This document shows positions 39,430 to 51,500 of a stretch of DNA of 64,000 nucleotides, in pieces. The translations under genes were made by a program, and so were the position numbers. A model generated the notes under the pieces. That model was not told the DNA's origin. It made no database searches and was given only the letters and a program-made list of their open reading frames with translations. This DNA is from Ascidiella aspersa (lineage: Eukaryota). The stretch spans positions 21,514,001 to 21,578,000 of the forward strand of contig OZ004613.1 in assembly GCA_963924565.1 (NCBI GenBank). Reading direction: 5' to 3'. Position 1 is the stretch's first letter; every line of letters begins with the position of its first letter.

Positions 39430-39453
39430 GACGTTTGCTTAGGTTCTACAAAT

Positions 39454-39757
39454 GGATGTGTGAGATGGTTCATTCTATCCGGTATTCGATCGCTGATTGG
39501 CGGATCTACTTCGATAGGTGAATCTACACACGCGCAAGACGGAGTTACGTCACAACGCACGTCCACATATGCTTTCCCGATGCTTTGCGCTCGGTCGAGA
39601 GCCAACCCCCCACCCCGAAATGTTCTCTTGTATAGATGCGATGGATAGAGCGAGCGTTATGGATAGGAATAGCGTACGGCCCCTTCCTTAAAAGTGTCTC
39701 GAGACGCCTTCAAACACATCCGCATGGGCACTGCACGTGGCAGTTTGCCATGGTTTT
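39454..39757 (+). ncRNA. RN7SK: 7SK snRNA copy, inverted orientation (landmarks intact)
   Basis: GGATGTGTGAG...GATCGCTGATTGGCGGATC...CACATCCGCATGGGCACTGCACGTGGCAGTTTGCCATGGTTTT. Confidence 0.9.
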
Positions 39758-40103
39758 ATTTCGATAATTGTTTCGTTATTTACTATCTCTCTAATTGTAG
39801 GCTATCTTATATTTCGACCAGGTAAAGGATGTCAACCTAGAATCTGTTACTTTACAACATAAAAAGGAAACATTTTATGACAATGGCGAAAAAATAGTTT
39901 GCTGATATTGGTTATTGTCTAACATCTAATTAATAACGGAATTGTCTGATGAGTATTTTGTTTTATCCTACTTTTATGTCAATATAATTGACGAGCATTA
40001 CAGTTTACTGCAGTTTAAGTGCGAATAGATGTATATTGAAAAACATACTGCTGTTCTAAATATGGATTGTCCTATAGCTCTCTACACTTTTTAACTGAAC
40101 AAA

Positions 40104-40146
40104 AACATCCGAATGGACACTGCACGTGGCAGTATGCCATGATTTT
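40104..40146 (+). pseudogene. 7SK 3'-end fragment
   Basis: AACATCCGAATGGACACTGCACGTGGCAGTATGCCATGATTTT. Confidence 0.8.
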
Positions 40147-41010
40147 ATTATTAGCAATAAAGATTTTTAGAAATTTGGATATAAATATATATTTTATTTA
40201 CCGTTAGATGGTGGTAACAATTAAGAATTCTCTTAAGTATTCTTTAGCCCAAGCTTTTTAATCGGTGCGACGTGGGGCGTTTAGACTGGATTTTAATTGC
40301 ATATTTGCCAACAAGTTCGCTCAACAATGGCAGGTCTCATTTACGTTAATGGTTTTGTGAATTCACGTTACAACGTAACATTGTAAAGTATTTTTCAATT
40401 TTATGCCCCATCAAACAATACTCCTGGATCCGCCATTGTCTTATTGATTTAACGCATTGGGCAATTATTATAAGACATTATTTGTATTGCTTCCTTAATT
40501 TCGAAATTGAAAAATCTTTCTCAGAACCAATCTCAAATAATATAAACATGTGAGCTACTGCGGTCGGCGACCCAACCAAAGCAAACAGCGACCCAATTTT
40601 GGGTCGCGACCCATAGGTTGAGAAGCACTGGTGTAGACTGTAGACGACAAAATTTCAAGAACAACTGACTGGGTGTGCGGTTGCTGTATATTTTGCCAGT
40701 GGGATATAACGCGGTGCTACAACATTTTAGCAGGGAGCGGCATAGCGCAGTGCTGCTATATTTTACCAGAGTGGTATTAGGTAGTTACACGATATTCCTT
40801 CAACGGTTCTTATTTGTCAGTGTCCATATACCCCTAATCTTATTTTCCGTTTCGGTGCTTTAGCAGGCAAAAGCTGATGTGGCCTGAAATATCAGAGAAG
40901 TTCATTCAAATATAAATAGTGTCTAAATTTTTAATTAAATGTTGTTTTCCTAAAGAAGTTTATTCTATCAATAAAATCATAACCATTTTTAAATTGTTAA
41001 ACCCCTATAT

Positions 41011-41490
41011 CAGTGATTCCCGACCTTTTTGTTCTCGCGACTCCACAATTATAGTGTTTGACACATAAACCAGAGTCAATAAAAAACACATTTCAAAATT
41101 GGCAAAATTCAAATTGGGAAAAAAAAATCTAAACGGACTGTATCAAGATTTGGCTAAAATGTCTGGATTTAGGTATGCACAACTAGTTAAAGTTACGGTT
41201 TGAGCGTTCATTCATTTTTATTAGACATTGTTTGACTGAAGCTACGCTTGATTCATTATTTGAAAAGTGTATTTTTTTTTTATTTATTTATTTTTTTTTT
41301 AATGATAACGTCATAACACGATTAATTTACTGCAGCAAAAGATACATAAACACAAATATTACACTGGTGGTTGTTTTCGCTCCTTCTTTACTGCTAAACT
41401 TTTAATTCATATTGCTTATTTCTTATGATGTTTTTCTTCATCAAATAGCGCACGGCGACCCGACAATTCCTTGGGGGTCGCGACCCCTGT
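41011..41490. mobile_element. Degenerate Charlie-like MITE
   Basis: Left end CAGTGATTCCCGACC; right subterminal GGGGTCGCGACCCC. A related right end, GGTCGCGACCCATAGGTTGAGAAGCACTG, lies at ~40602-40630. Confidence 0.45.
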
Positions 41491-41980
41491 TGCTGTTAAG
41501 CTTTTTTAATTTTTTCATGCACTTAAAACAAACAAATGTTAACTATGTCATTGAAATTACCTAAAGTGTTGTGCAGTTTGAACCCCTTGAAAAGTATCAG
41601 AGGATGAGGTTCAAAATTAACAAAACGAATTCTTGCTAAAAATCACAAAACAAACAACTACAGTTTAACACCCTTTATGTGAACGCAATAATAACAAAGC
41701 ACATACTAAAGTAAGGTAAAAGTTGCAAGAATATTCCACGCGGAGCCTTCAGGAACAATGACAAAATGAGATTTTGCTTTTGCAATGTATTATTTGTCGC
41801 TAGATGGCGGTAACAAGTTCGAATTACTTGTATATTTTCAGACTAGAGCTTTTTATGCCGTACTCTGGTGGCCACTGGTTCACATAGAAGGTTGCCAGGT
41901 GCGCCGTAGAAACACATACTGTTATACCGTATTTTACTCATTAGCTAATGATCCAACAGTAGTTTAAAGATAGCCTATGC

Positions 41981-42332
41981 CAGTGCTTTTCAACCTTTAA
42001 AATTTCCATCCGCACTTTTTTATTTCGGAAAAATTCCATCCGCACGAAACAATCACAGTAAATTTGCAACCTTTAGTTTTATTTGTGAAATAATAATGAA
42101 AGGGTTTGTGTATTAAAACCGCGTGCCTAAGCCTTGACCGATATAAAATAGAATCACTGAGATTACTGTACCTGTAACGTATAAGTGGGCGCACCATCTT
42201 ATTTATTTACTGTATAACACATAATAAAAAATAATAATATGCACCATTTTCATCCGCACGACGTTAGTCATCCGCATTACAATTTTTTTCATCCGCACAT
42301 GTGCGTACCATTCCACGGGTTGAAAAGCAGTG
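41981..42332. mobile_element. hAT-type MITE (TIR CAGTGCTTTTCAACC)
   Basis: 15-bp TIR with one mismatch, perfect TSD GCCTATGC, repeated subterminal CATCCGCA motifs. Confidence 0.85.
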
Positions 42333-44936
42333 GCCTATGCAATTATGAAGCCTATGTAACATGTAACAAAAACTTGCATGCAAATCAAACGAAGCCCCAG
42401 CATATGGATAATAAATCTTCGAAAATATATTTCGCGCTTGCTTTGCTTGCCAGGCGAGCTATCACATTTCAGGAGGAATACAGGGGTGTTCTAAGGCCTA
42501 AGGCATAAAAGATTAAGAAATACTTCTTTGGACGATAAAATGTCACAAACAATAGTTTTAACAACTTGGTCACGAAATAAAATAATCCAAAAATTTAGAT
42601 TACCCCAAAATCACACTTAATTGAGTTGTGTGTTTAGCATGCTAACCAAATCCTAAAAAATGAAGAAATATTTTAAGAAACCTTCAATAATTGTCAAAAC
42701 AAATTACTTACCATTTGTTAACGAATAATTTTGTTAGGAAAATGTAATCATATGAACATTTTTATGCCTAAATGTCTCCAACATTTATGCCTAAATGTCT
42801 TCAAAGGCGCTTAACCATTATTGTGGGAATAAATCATAGATTAAAGATTTTATTGAAAAATATAGACATCCTGTTGATCATGGTGACGCAGCCCAAACGA
42901 CGCTAAAATCGGCTGAAAGATAAAAACGGGTAGAAGTTGATAAAAAAAAGATAATACTTTAAATTTTTGGTGTGATAGGCCTAGATTAGATAAAGGTTGT
43001 CTTACTGTTCAATATGATAAATCCTCTAATTCAAAATTGGCAACAAATAGATATTGCTGAAAAACTATTCTTTAAAGGTGCCTCTGCTTTTTGCTGTTCA
43101 AACAACCTAATTTAGTAATTTAAAAAAAATAACAAAGCCATATAATTTGATAAAACTGACAGAACTCGTGTTTTTGCCTAAAGCTCTAAAATAGCGAATT
43201 ATATCGAATGTTGTGCTTTTGTTAACCTTCATTAAACCCATATTTTTCTAACAAAAATTAAATTTTAACATGAAATATATGGGTACGAACTAAAGTTTTA
43301 TTTTTAGGTAGAGTGTATCGGTCGAATCTGTCCATAATGTTATTTATACAAATCTACGAAAGAGAAACGGATCATGAATAAAAACGCATAAAAGACGCTA
43401 ATGTCCAGGAAATACTTTTTGAAGTTTGAGACGCCTCGCTTACACAGATGCCTGTAATGTCGACGTCCGACAGGCAAAAAGATTGATCAATTAAGATCCC
43501 CTGCCAGACTTTGATCCTTGTTGTGATAGGGATGAAAATGACCCTGACGCTTTTCTGGCATCGGTAAAAAAACAAGGCTCGGCGGCAATTCCTCTGCGCC
43601 GGGCCGTGATGCCCCTATCTTGGAAATCTGTCGGGAAAAGTTATCTTCAGGTAATTTGATGGCGAACGAAGATTCCGAATATCGATGATCTTTATATTGG
43701 AAGATTAAAAGTCGACGATTTTTCTACTGTCCGATACCTATCTAAATCCGCCTAATGGAGAAAATCTTGTGTTACTCACGAGTGACAAGCTATAGGTTAA
43801 AAATGTTAGTCTTACAGCTCGCTTCGTAATCTCTTCACATGTCTCGTTTCGGATAAACAAATCTCAAGATTTTATAGGCAGTCGTTTTTCGTGGACAAAC
43901 TGGTAGTTAGGAAGAAATGCAAATAAAGCTTTTCATTTTATCGAACGTTTCATCTTGAGGTTTTAGATAGGGGTGTAAAAATGTAGCACATGTGCTTTAA
44001 ATTTCATTCAAATGCATTGCGAACGGAATTCGAGGAACATTAAATTTAAAACATGAAATTAGGTTCTAGAAATTAGTAGTAATCATATACGTTTTCGAAA
44101 CAATACCTTGTATATAAAATAAGATACAAAGTCGTACTTAGAAAAGATGTCCTGCAAAAATTGTTACCTACTACGCGTTCTCTTGTTTCACACCAGAAGG
44201 TGTCGCTAACATCTCGGTTGATACACAATATATCGGTTTCTACAGAAAAGCATTTTATTAATAAAATGGCCAAGTATGTGTTTAAAGTTTAAATGTTTTT
44301 CAGAAGTCTTAGTATCCTTCCTATACCCCCCGAGGTTTTACGTTTCTGGATTATCACCGCTACGAATGTCCGACTTGCATGAAATCTTGTCGCGAATTAC
44401 CAACATGGCTATAAGCTTCCATTTATCTTATCCTTATCAAGAGATAAAATAAGGATCTTCCCATAGCTGAGCTGGCCACATGTTCTTTCTCTTCCAGATC
44501 TGTTTCTTCTACGGAATTGCTTTTACCGCCATTTTGATTGTTCTCCGCTAGAATTATAAAATATTATTAAAGAAAATTGACCCAAAATTTATTTTAATTT
44601 TTTTAGACATGATTAATCAAAAAGTGAATGTCAATGGTAGGCTGTTGAGTTACTCAAACTGTGTTGCGCAGCACACTAGTGCATCTCTAGAGCAGTACTC
44701 TACAAGTTAGGCTAATCTCTCGAAGCACAAACAATGCACGTTTGTTTGGTTTCAATTTGAAAAACTTATACCCTAATGAAAAGGCAACTTAAAAATGTAA
44801 GCACGGCGCGTTTAGGCTGAAGTGATTTCCTTGAAATAGAGAAAACATACTACATTATCGAAAAAGACTATTTTGCATGTAGGTAGTTAAAATTAGCATT
44901 ACTGTCGGTGATTTACTGGAGCCAGAGCACGTAGAC

Positions 44937-45172
44937 CAGGGGTCGGCAACCTTTTTCTAGTCGCGGGCCAAAATCAAACTCAGAAAGGTCTCTGCGGGCC
45001 GCACAAAAAGTTAACTAATTAATTAATGTGTTATTACCAAGTTAGAACAACTTTTAATCAGGCGGGCCTTGGATCTTTTTTTGCACTTAAAAACGTGTTT
45101 AATTACATTTAAGGAGGCAGTAAAGTGTTGACGCAAAGCGCGAAAAAAACCGAAAAAGGTTAAGAACCCCTG
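44937..45172. mobile_element. hAT-type MITE, internally deleted or chimeric
   Basis: Starts CAGGGGTCGGCAACC and is the reverse complement of ~14490-14697. Ends GGTTAAGAACCCCTG. TSD is poor. Confidence 0.65.
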
Positions 45173-48100
45173 GAGTAGAGTAACTTTTTATTATTTACAA
45201 AACATTTTTTCTGTAATTTTGTGTTATGTAGTAAATATCTTACTGAAAATACTAGAGCCTTTACCCCCTTTGCCCCCCGTACGGGCGCCCATGAAGGTAT
45301 GTTCTTTATTTCTTTTCATTTTACATTTTTCACCCCTTTACTTTTTCACATGATCTTTTTGATTGTTTTACACCTTTAATATCAAAATCAATGTTGGATC
45401 TCGGGAGTCAGTATTGGGAGATTTGTTGACGCTTGTCTTGCCCTCCCGCTGATAATACATCCGCCAAATCGCCACTTTGTGCCAAGTAGGTCAATTCGTA
45501 GCATGAAGCAAATGTAATTCAGCTGATCGCTGCAAATTTAATAAACCCAATCCCACATTGGCAGCAAATCTGTGTTTAAATCAAGACCAAGCTTTGCAGG
45601 GTATTGCAGTTTTGACCGATTTCGAGTGGTATTAACCTATACAGTTTTAAAATCATTTGTCATATGTTATTCTTTAGTAAGTCGGTTCTAAACACGTGTT
45701 TGATTGAAACATAGGAGTTACCTTCTCTCTTAGAGCAATCCTGCCCAACATACGCACATATCTGTTGTATTTTGTTTTTGTCCATGCAATTTCTGTTAAA
45801 TATAAGTAGGCTATATAAATGCCATTATTTTTAAAAATATGCAAATTTCATCAACGTAGCCTACCTAATGTAGTGTTTTCAGGCTTTAATCGCGGCGACC
45901 GAAATAGTAAACATAAGTATAACAGCGAAAATTTGGATTCCCAATTCTCTTCGCTGAACTTTTTGTAAGCAAGCAAAACATAGGCCTAAGACATTAGCAT
46001 GAAGTTCGAATTCAACTAAAATGAGCCATGCTTCCCATCGGCAATTTTCTCGAACTTTAGCAAAATCTTGCTCAGAATCAATCTTAACACACCTTACTTT
46101 GCAGATGGAAACCTAACCACATCAAACGGCGACCCAATTTTGGCTGAGAAACACTGACCGAAGGCGCCACCTTTTAAATCAAACGTTTCTCAAGTTAAAC
46201 TAAAAAACACATTTTTTCGCGTTCGCTCGTGAACATTATATGTTTTTAGCTACTTGCGTTGCGATGTTATGTGTTATGGCGCAACGGCCCGCGAATTTAT
46301 TTTCGGCTGGTTTCAGCAGTTGCACCGCTTTAAGTTGTGCGGACCTGTCTTACGATCAATCACTCGATACACTTAAAACATGATTTTTAAAAGAAATTGT
46401 GATCAACCAGAGGGCGAAAAAAGTTTTCAGACATTCCAGAAATAAAATGCTGTAAAAAGCAGTACGTATTAAGAAATTTGTTGTAGTGTTATATTTTCTG
46501 TCTCACAAATATTATTTCTGTCTCACAAATAAGCATTGCAGCCTTTAGCAGACTGGACTATGCTATTTAGTGACCTGCTGATATCATACCCTTCAAAACA
46601 AAGGTGTGAAGATTGCGTGTAAGACTGCAAAGGAAATAGCTTAGATCGCTAACGAGCCTTTGAAATTTATTTACTCACTTGAGCCACGTTAAGTCATGCC
46701 GCGAAACTTGTTTATTAACCTTGGAGCCTACACTTTTTCAGGGAAGCATATAAAGAAGCACGCATTGTTAGGAGAAATACATTTGTCAGCAGAGTTCAGT
46801 TTGACACTTAGTGGTCATTTGTTGATATTTTTAAAGTGAGCCCATGTGTAAGCTAAAGTCCAGCAGCTCAATCAACTTAAACCAGTCACTAATACCCTGG
46901 TGTTGTCAGCGTGTGGTATCCAGATTGCATAAATAGCGGTTCAATGCCATAACCGGGCAACACTACAATGCTTTGTTAGTTAGAACATAATGCTTATTAT
47001 GTTAGAATAGAAATTGTTCAATTAAAATTGCTGTTTGTAACATTTTTTCGTGAAGTTTTAAGGTACGTTAGTAGCCAAGTAGGTAACCAACTGCTGACAG
47101 CGTTTTAAGTCATTAAATACAGTTGAAAGTAAGCAAGTAAAATACAGTTGCATGTTAGTAAAAGTTGACTGACCTTTGAGGTATAAACGGCGCCTGTTTG
47201 ACTAACACAGTTATTGCCTGGATTAGGACCGGACTATTGCTGACTTTTGACAGAGAACACTCCGGGACTGCTCTATACTGTAGGGTCATTTAAAGTCAAG
47301 CGGCTTTTCAACTGTCAATTAAACTAGCCTCCCCGCTGCGCCAAAGAATGAGAAAATTCTCAGCAAAGCATCTCATTCAGTAAAATGCTCGCTTTATTCT
47401 CTATTCATAAGCGCGAGCCTTGTCCAACATAATGTACTTAAAAGGACTAGACCAGAATTCTACCCATCATATTTTAATCTACTGTGAAAGTATGTTAGTT
47501 GTCAGTGACGTAACCCAACCGTATAGCTTACCTAACTAGCTGCCGCCTATATGTTAATAGAGTCACGCAATTAGATAGTAAGATATTGTGAAGTTTATGC
47601 TACCAGAAAAACACTTGAAATCAATAACTGCGATGGTTACAAAACTTTCAAAGTTGATGACGTCATTTTGGTATGACGCAACGTCGAGCAATTTTTATGG
47701 TCTAATTTCGTAAATACGGTTTATAGTACAAGTTCGCCTACTAACTTTAATGTTATTCAAGTTATTGATTTGCATGTGATGTTATTGTGCCTCATGACAT
47801 TATTACTGTGATATTATTTAATTTAAATGAGCCCGGAATCACCACAGCCCGCACCTAAAAGTTTTTTTCCAGGCCGAACAGCGCTCAATGGTTTGAGCAC
47901 GTAATTAGGGAGTAATCATTTGCTTCTGGAGCGGTGATTGCGCGTTAATTGCGAGACTGTAAATTCGCGAGGCGTCACTTATTTCTGGCGGGTCGACGCC
48001 AGCTTTTTTTCCTCGCCGCTGTAGCATTTTCTCGTCTGGCCAGCTCAGTCTCAGAAAGCAAGAGTCTTTGTAAGAAGGTGGACGTTAAAACGCGACTAGT

Positions 48101-48511
48101 CGAGTTAACACATGGCCATTGCGGTTTGGCATAGTTTACTTAGAAGTTTATCTCTTGGGTGCGTTGGCTCCCTTATCGTTTCTCTCGATAAGCATCTAAA
48201 TTCTAAACCACATCGATTTGCCTTTTTCAGTGGTTATAGCGCAAGCACTAAGTATCGGAGTTAGAGTTCATTTGCCACAGGATAAGAAGATGTTTTGGTG
48301 CTGGTATCCTTTGCGCTAATGCTGAAAAATATTAACTGATTTTTACAGAACTTGTCACAGAAGTTATTGCTGAAAACCTTTCGACTTGCGACTAATTGTA
48401 TTGGGTTACCCATTTGCCACACGCCACACCGGAGCTCAACTTACTGCTTGTTTCTGTGAATGGTTGTTGTCACTGCTAAAGTTCATTGATCGGTGAACAA
48501 AACCCTGCAAA

Positions 48512-51500
48512 ATGTGGCACTTACTTGAAAAGATATCGGAACAGGTAATTAAAAGCTTTCGTTTTTACCAAACACTACTAATGGGGTGTAGTAGACGCCT
48601 TTGTGAAATTTGATAACTTCTAGTTACCAGCGTTCAATTACTCAGTAGCCCTAAAGTCCAATTGGAATTAGTTGGTGATGGTTTATAATGAGTTTTGAAG
48701 CTCATTAAAAGTCATGTATTTAGAAGAATTTGGCGAACAGCTTGCTCAACAGGTTAAAACATCGATTTTTAGACCTTGAGTAACAATTACATTACATAAA
48801 TGTTTAGAGGAAATCAGGTTTTAAAGCAATTGCCCTTTTCAGGTTACAAGGTACGCCACTTTCCTGGGACAGCTCTGGTACATTTTGGTATTCGTCTTTC
48901 GTCTTATCGTTGTGGTAACCATCGGCGGTGCAGGTAATTTTGTTATTTTATTTGCCGCTATGTTTTGATAAACTTTTTGGGCAAACCTATCCCTTGTACC
49001 AGCGTCTAGAAATGATTTTCTACCAGACATGCAGAAAAATGGCACAAGACTGCTCTTTTTAGGAGTTTTGGAAATCGTTAATAAATGTAACACAAAAACT
49101 TATGAATGTACTTTACCAAGTGTTCAATTTTGTTGAATTTCTACCGCAAACCTATTTTCTCAGTTTTGTGTTTTTTGTAACCTACAGAAAAGTCGTAAAA
49201 TCACGCCAAAGACAATTTGAAATGCTACACCTAAGTATCGCGCGTGTGTGGCCTATATTCCAGTCGATTTGCTATCTGGCCAGGCGTGTAAATTACGTTG
49301 CGACGGTGTGTCTTTTTCGGCTTATATTTTGTCCGGGAAGTCGATCACGTCAATTTGCAGCCGAAAAAACGCCGCCGCCCGCGCGTGCGTCTGATCTCCT
49401 GCCGAAGCGGCAAATTGCTGCTTTGCGAAATGTGCGCCTGCCTAAACTCCTGTGGGAAATCCTTGAAAGCGCGCATTCCACAACGTTTTCGTTTAGCTTT
49501 ATTACGAGCTACACATTTGTGCGATTTTAACTGACAAAAGAGGAACACAAGTTTCGAGGCATTTTATTCGCCCGTGAAGCGTTATTTCGAAAACTTCTTA
49601 GTTTCATGATAAACATTGTCTATTGACTATTGGCAAATTTATGAGGGATTTAAATTGAAATTTGGCACACTATGCACGGATCTGTAATGTACCTTGATAA
49701 TATATTGCAAAGCCAAAAAGGTCGAGTAGATCGACATCATCTTCAGGTAATGTGCTTAATTGAAATTGTTTTGTGAGTTGGGCTTGTTCACTGTTTAGTC
49801 ATACCTAAGAGCGTTTTACTTGACAAATACCCCTATTCACACTTTTGTGAAAGCGCACACCCTTTACTTCTCAGTCGATCTTAAAAATTGCCATTCATTG
49901 TCGCTTGGAAATCTTTCCCATTCAGAGGTTCCCCAATTCCTGTTTAAACAAGATCCCTGATAGCGAGGCATTGCGGCGTGTCCGACGAGAGTTTGGATTG
50001 TCCGAAACTGGGTCAGTCACGCCCCGCGTCTAGCACATACGCCCTTTTCATCATTCCATTAATACAACAGATTGCCTCACCCCTGGTCCATTTCGTACCG
50101 ACCACTCTGGGATTTGAACGATAACAGTTCTTTTTGCCATATCGGTTTCCGGCATATTGCTTGATGCCCTGCCAGTTTGAAAGTCGAGGGCCCTCTATGA
50201 GAATACAAAGATCGAATTCGGGTCGTAGGCCGGGGTCAATCGTCCACCACTTATGTAAACAACCACCTTATATGCGATCGACTAATCTAAAGCGTTTGAC
50301 AGACGTTGTCGGTTCGGTTATGACGTCGAGGTTTAACATTACAAAAAACAAACTCTCTCGGCATTTGTAATGAAAAATGATAGTTTAATCACGGCCTCCC
50401 ATTTTAAATTTCCCCGATTTCCAATACGAATAAATAAATTGTTATTTGTGTAGTTTTGTAACAAATCATTCAAAAAGTCCAAAAATGGTTATTTAAATAG
50501 CTGTTTATGTTTATTGATAGGCAACAGTTTAGTAACTGAATTTGTTTATTAAACAAACTCATTCGCGTCGTGTTAATTCCGGTCATTCAAGCACACCCCA
50601 CAGCATTGAATTCTCGCCACTGTTGCCTTGTTGCTTCCGACACGGTTCGATTCCACCTGTATTTATTTGGGGCAGCGATGTCGCCCGTGTCTTCACAACA
50701 AGCGATTTGCCTATTTTCGCTACAAGCGCGATACGAACAACGAACAGCTCGAACTGCCATGTTAACTTACGGGCGATAAAACCGCGAAATCGTCACCGTA
50801 AATTCGGGCAGTTTTCTCCCTGGCTTTTTTGGATTTTCGCTAGAACCCGAAAGCCGCGACGCGAGCTAAGCCGATTAATTCTGGCGTCTGCGGGCAATGT
50901 GTTTTTAATTTTCGCCGTTTCCAAAACACGGCAAAGGATCGTCGTCATATTAATCCCAACATTTGTTAATGTTGTGCACTCCGTCCGAACATGGCCCTCA
51001 CACTAATACTCTCGCCGTTGCGTATTTCAACGACGCCAATATTATTACAACGAAAGCATTTTTCACGTATTCTTCCACTTCGTTAAAAGTCAAATACTTT
51101 ATTGAGTGTTAAACCTAACGAATGCTGTAAGTTGGCAGTAACTTGTGCTGATTATGCGCGAAAAACGATGCATTGGCGGAATGATCTGATCAATCAAACT
51201 AAAGTTTTCCACAATACCCTGTGAGGACATTTTTAAAATGAAGTATTTTCTTCTGGAGGCAAATACGCAAGCTCGGCAAAAACACAGTCCTAGCTTACAA
51301 AATGCCAAGTTAGAAACTGACTAAGCTTTTAATTCCAGTCACAGTGTGTATTCAAAACCTAAGTCATATAGTTTATGCAAACGTAATTCAGTGCTGTATA
51401 CTAGGCCTAAGAATGTGAGAGTTTTAAATATGTCTTGACGTTAAATCGTGCTCTTCGCAGTGTTTGTCTGGTGTTTAAAACCAAACTTCTCCGGTATTTC

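Noticed and set aside
8973-39648. Family of small repeated ORFs (MALDRARSIGKAYVD... and antisense ...STYAFPMLRARSRANPPP) as a peptide family
   Set aside because: They overlie the 7SK copies. Starts, stops and frames vary between copies while the RNA landmarks are what is conserved.
8898-40146. CRISPR array or tRNA-derived SINE reading of the ~300-bp repeat
   Set aside because: Eukaryotic context, repeats far too long, spacers homologous to each other. No A/B boxes, poly-A tails or TSDs; upstream flanks are co-duplicated.
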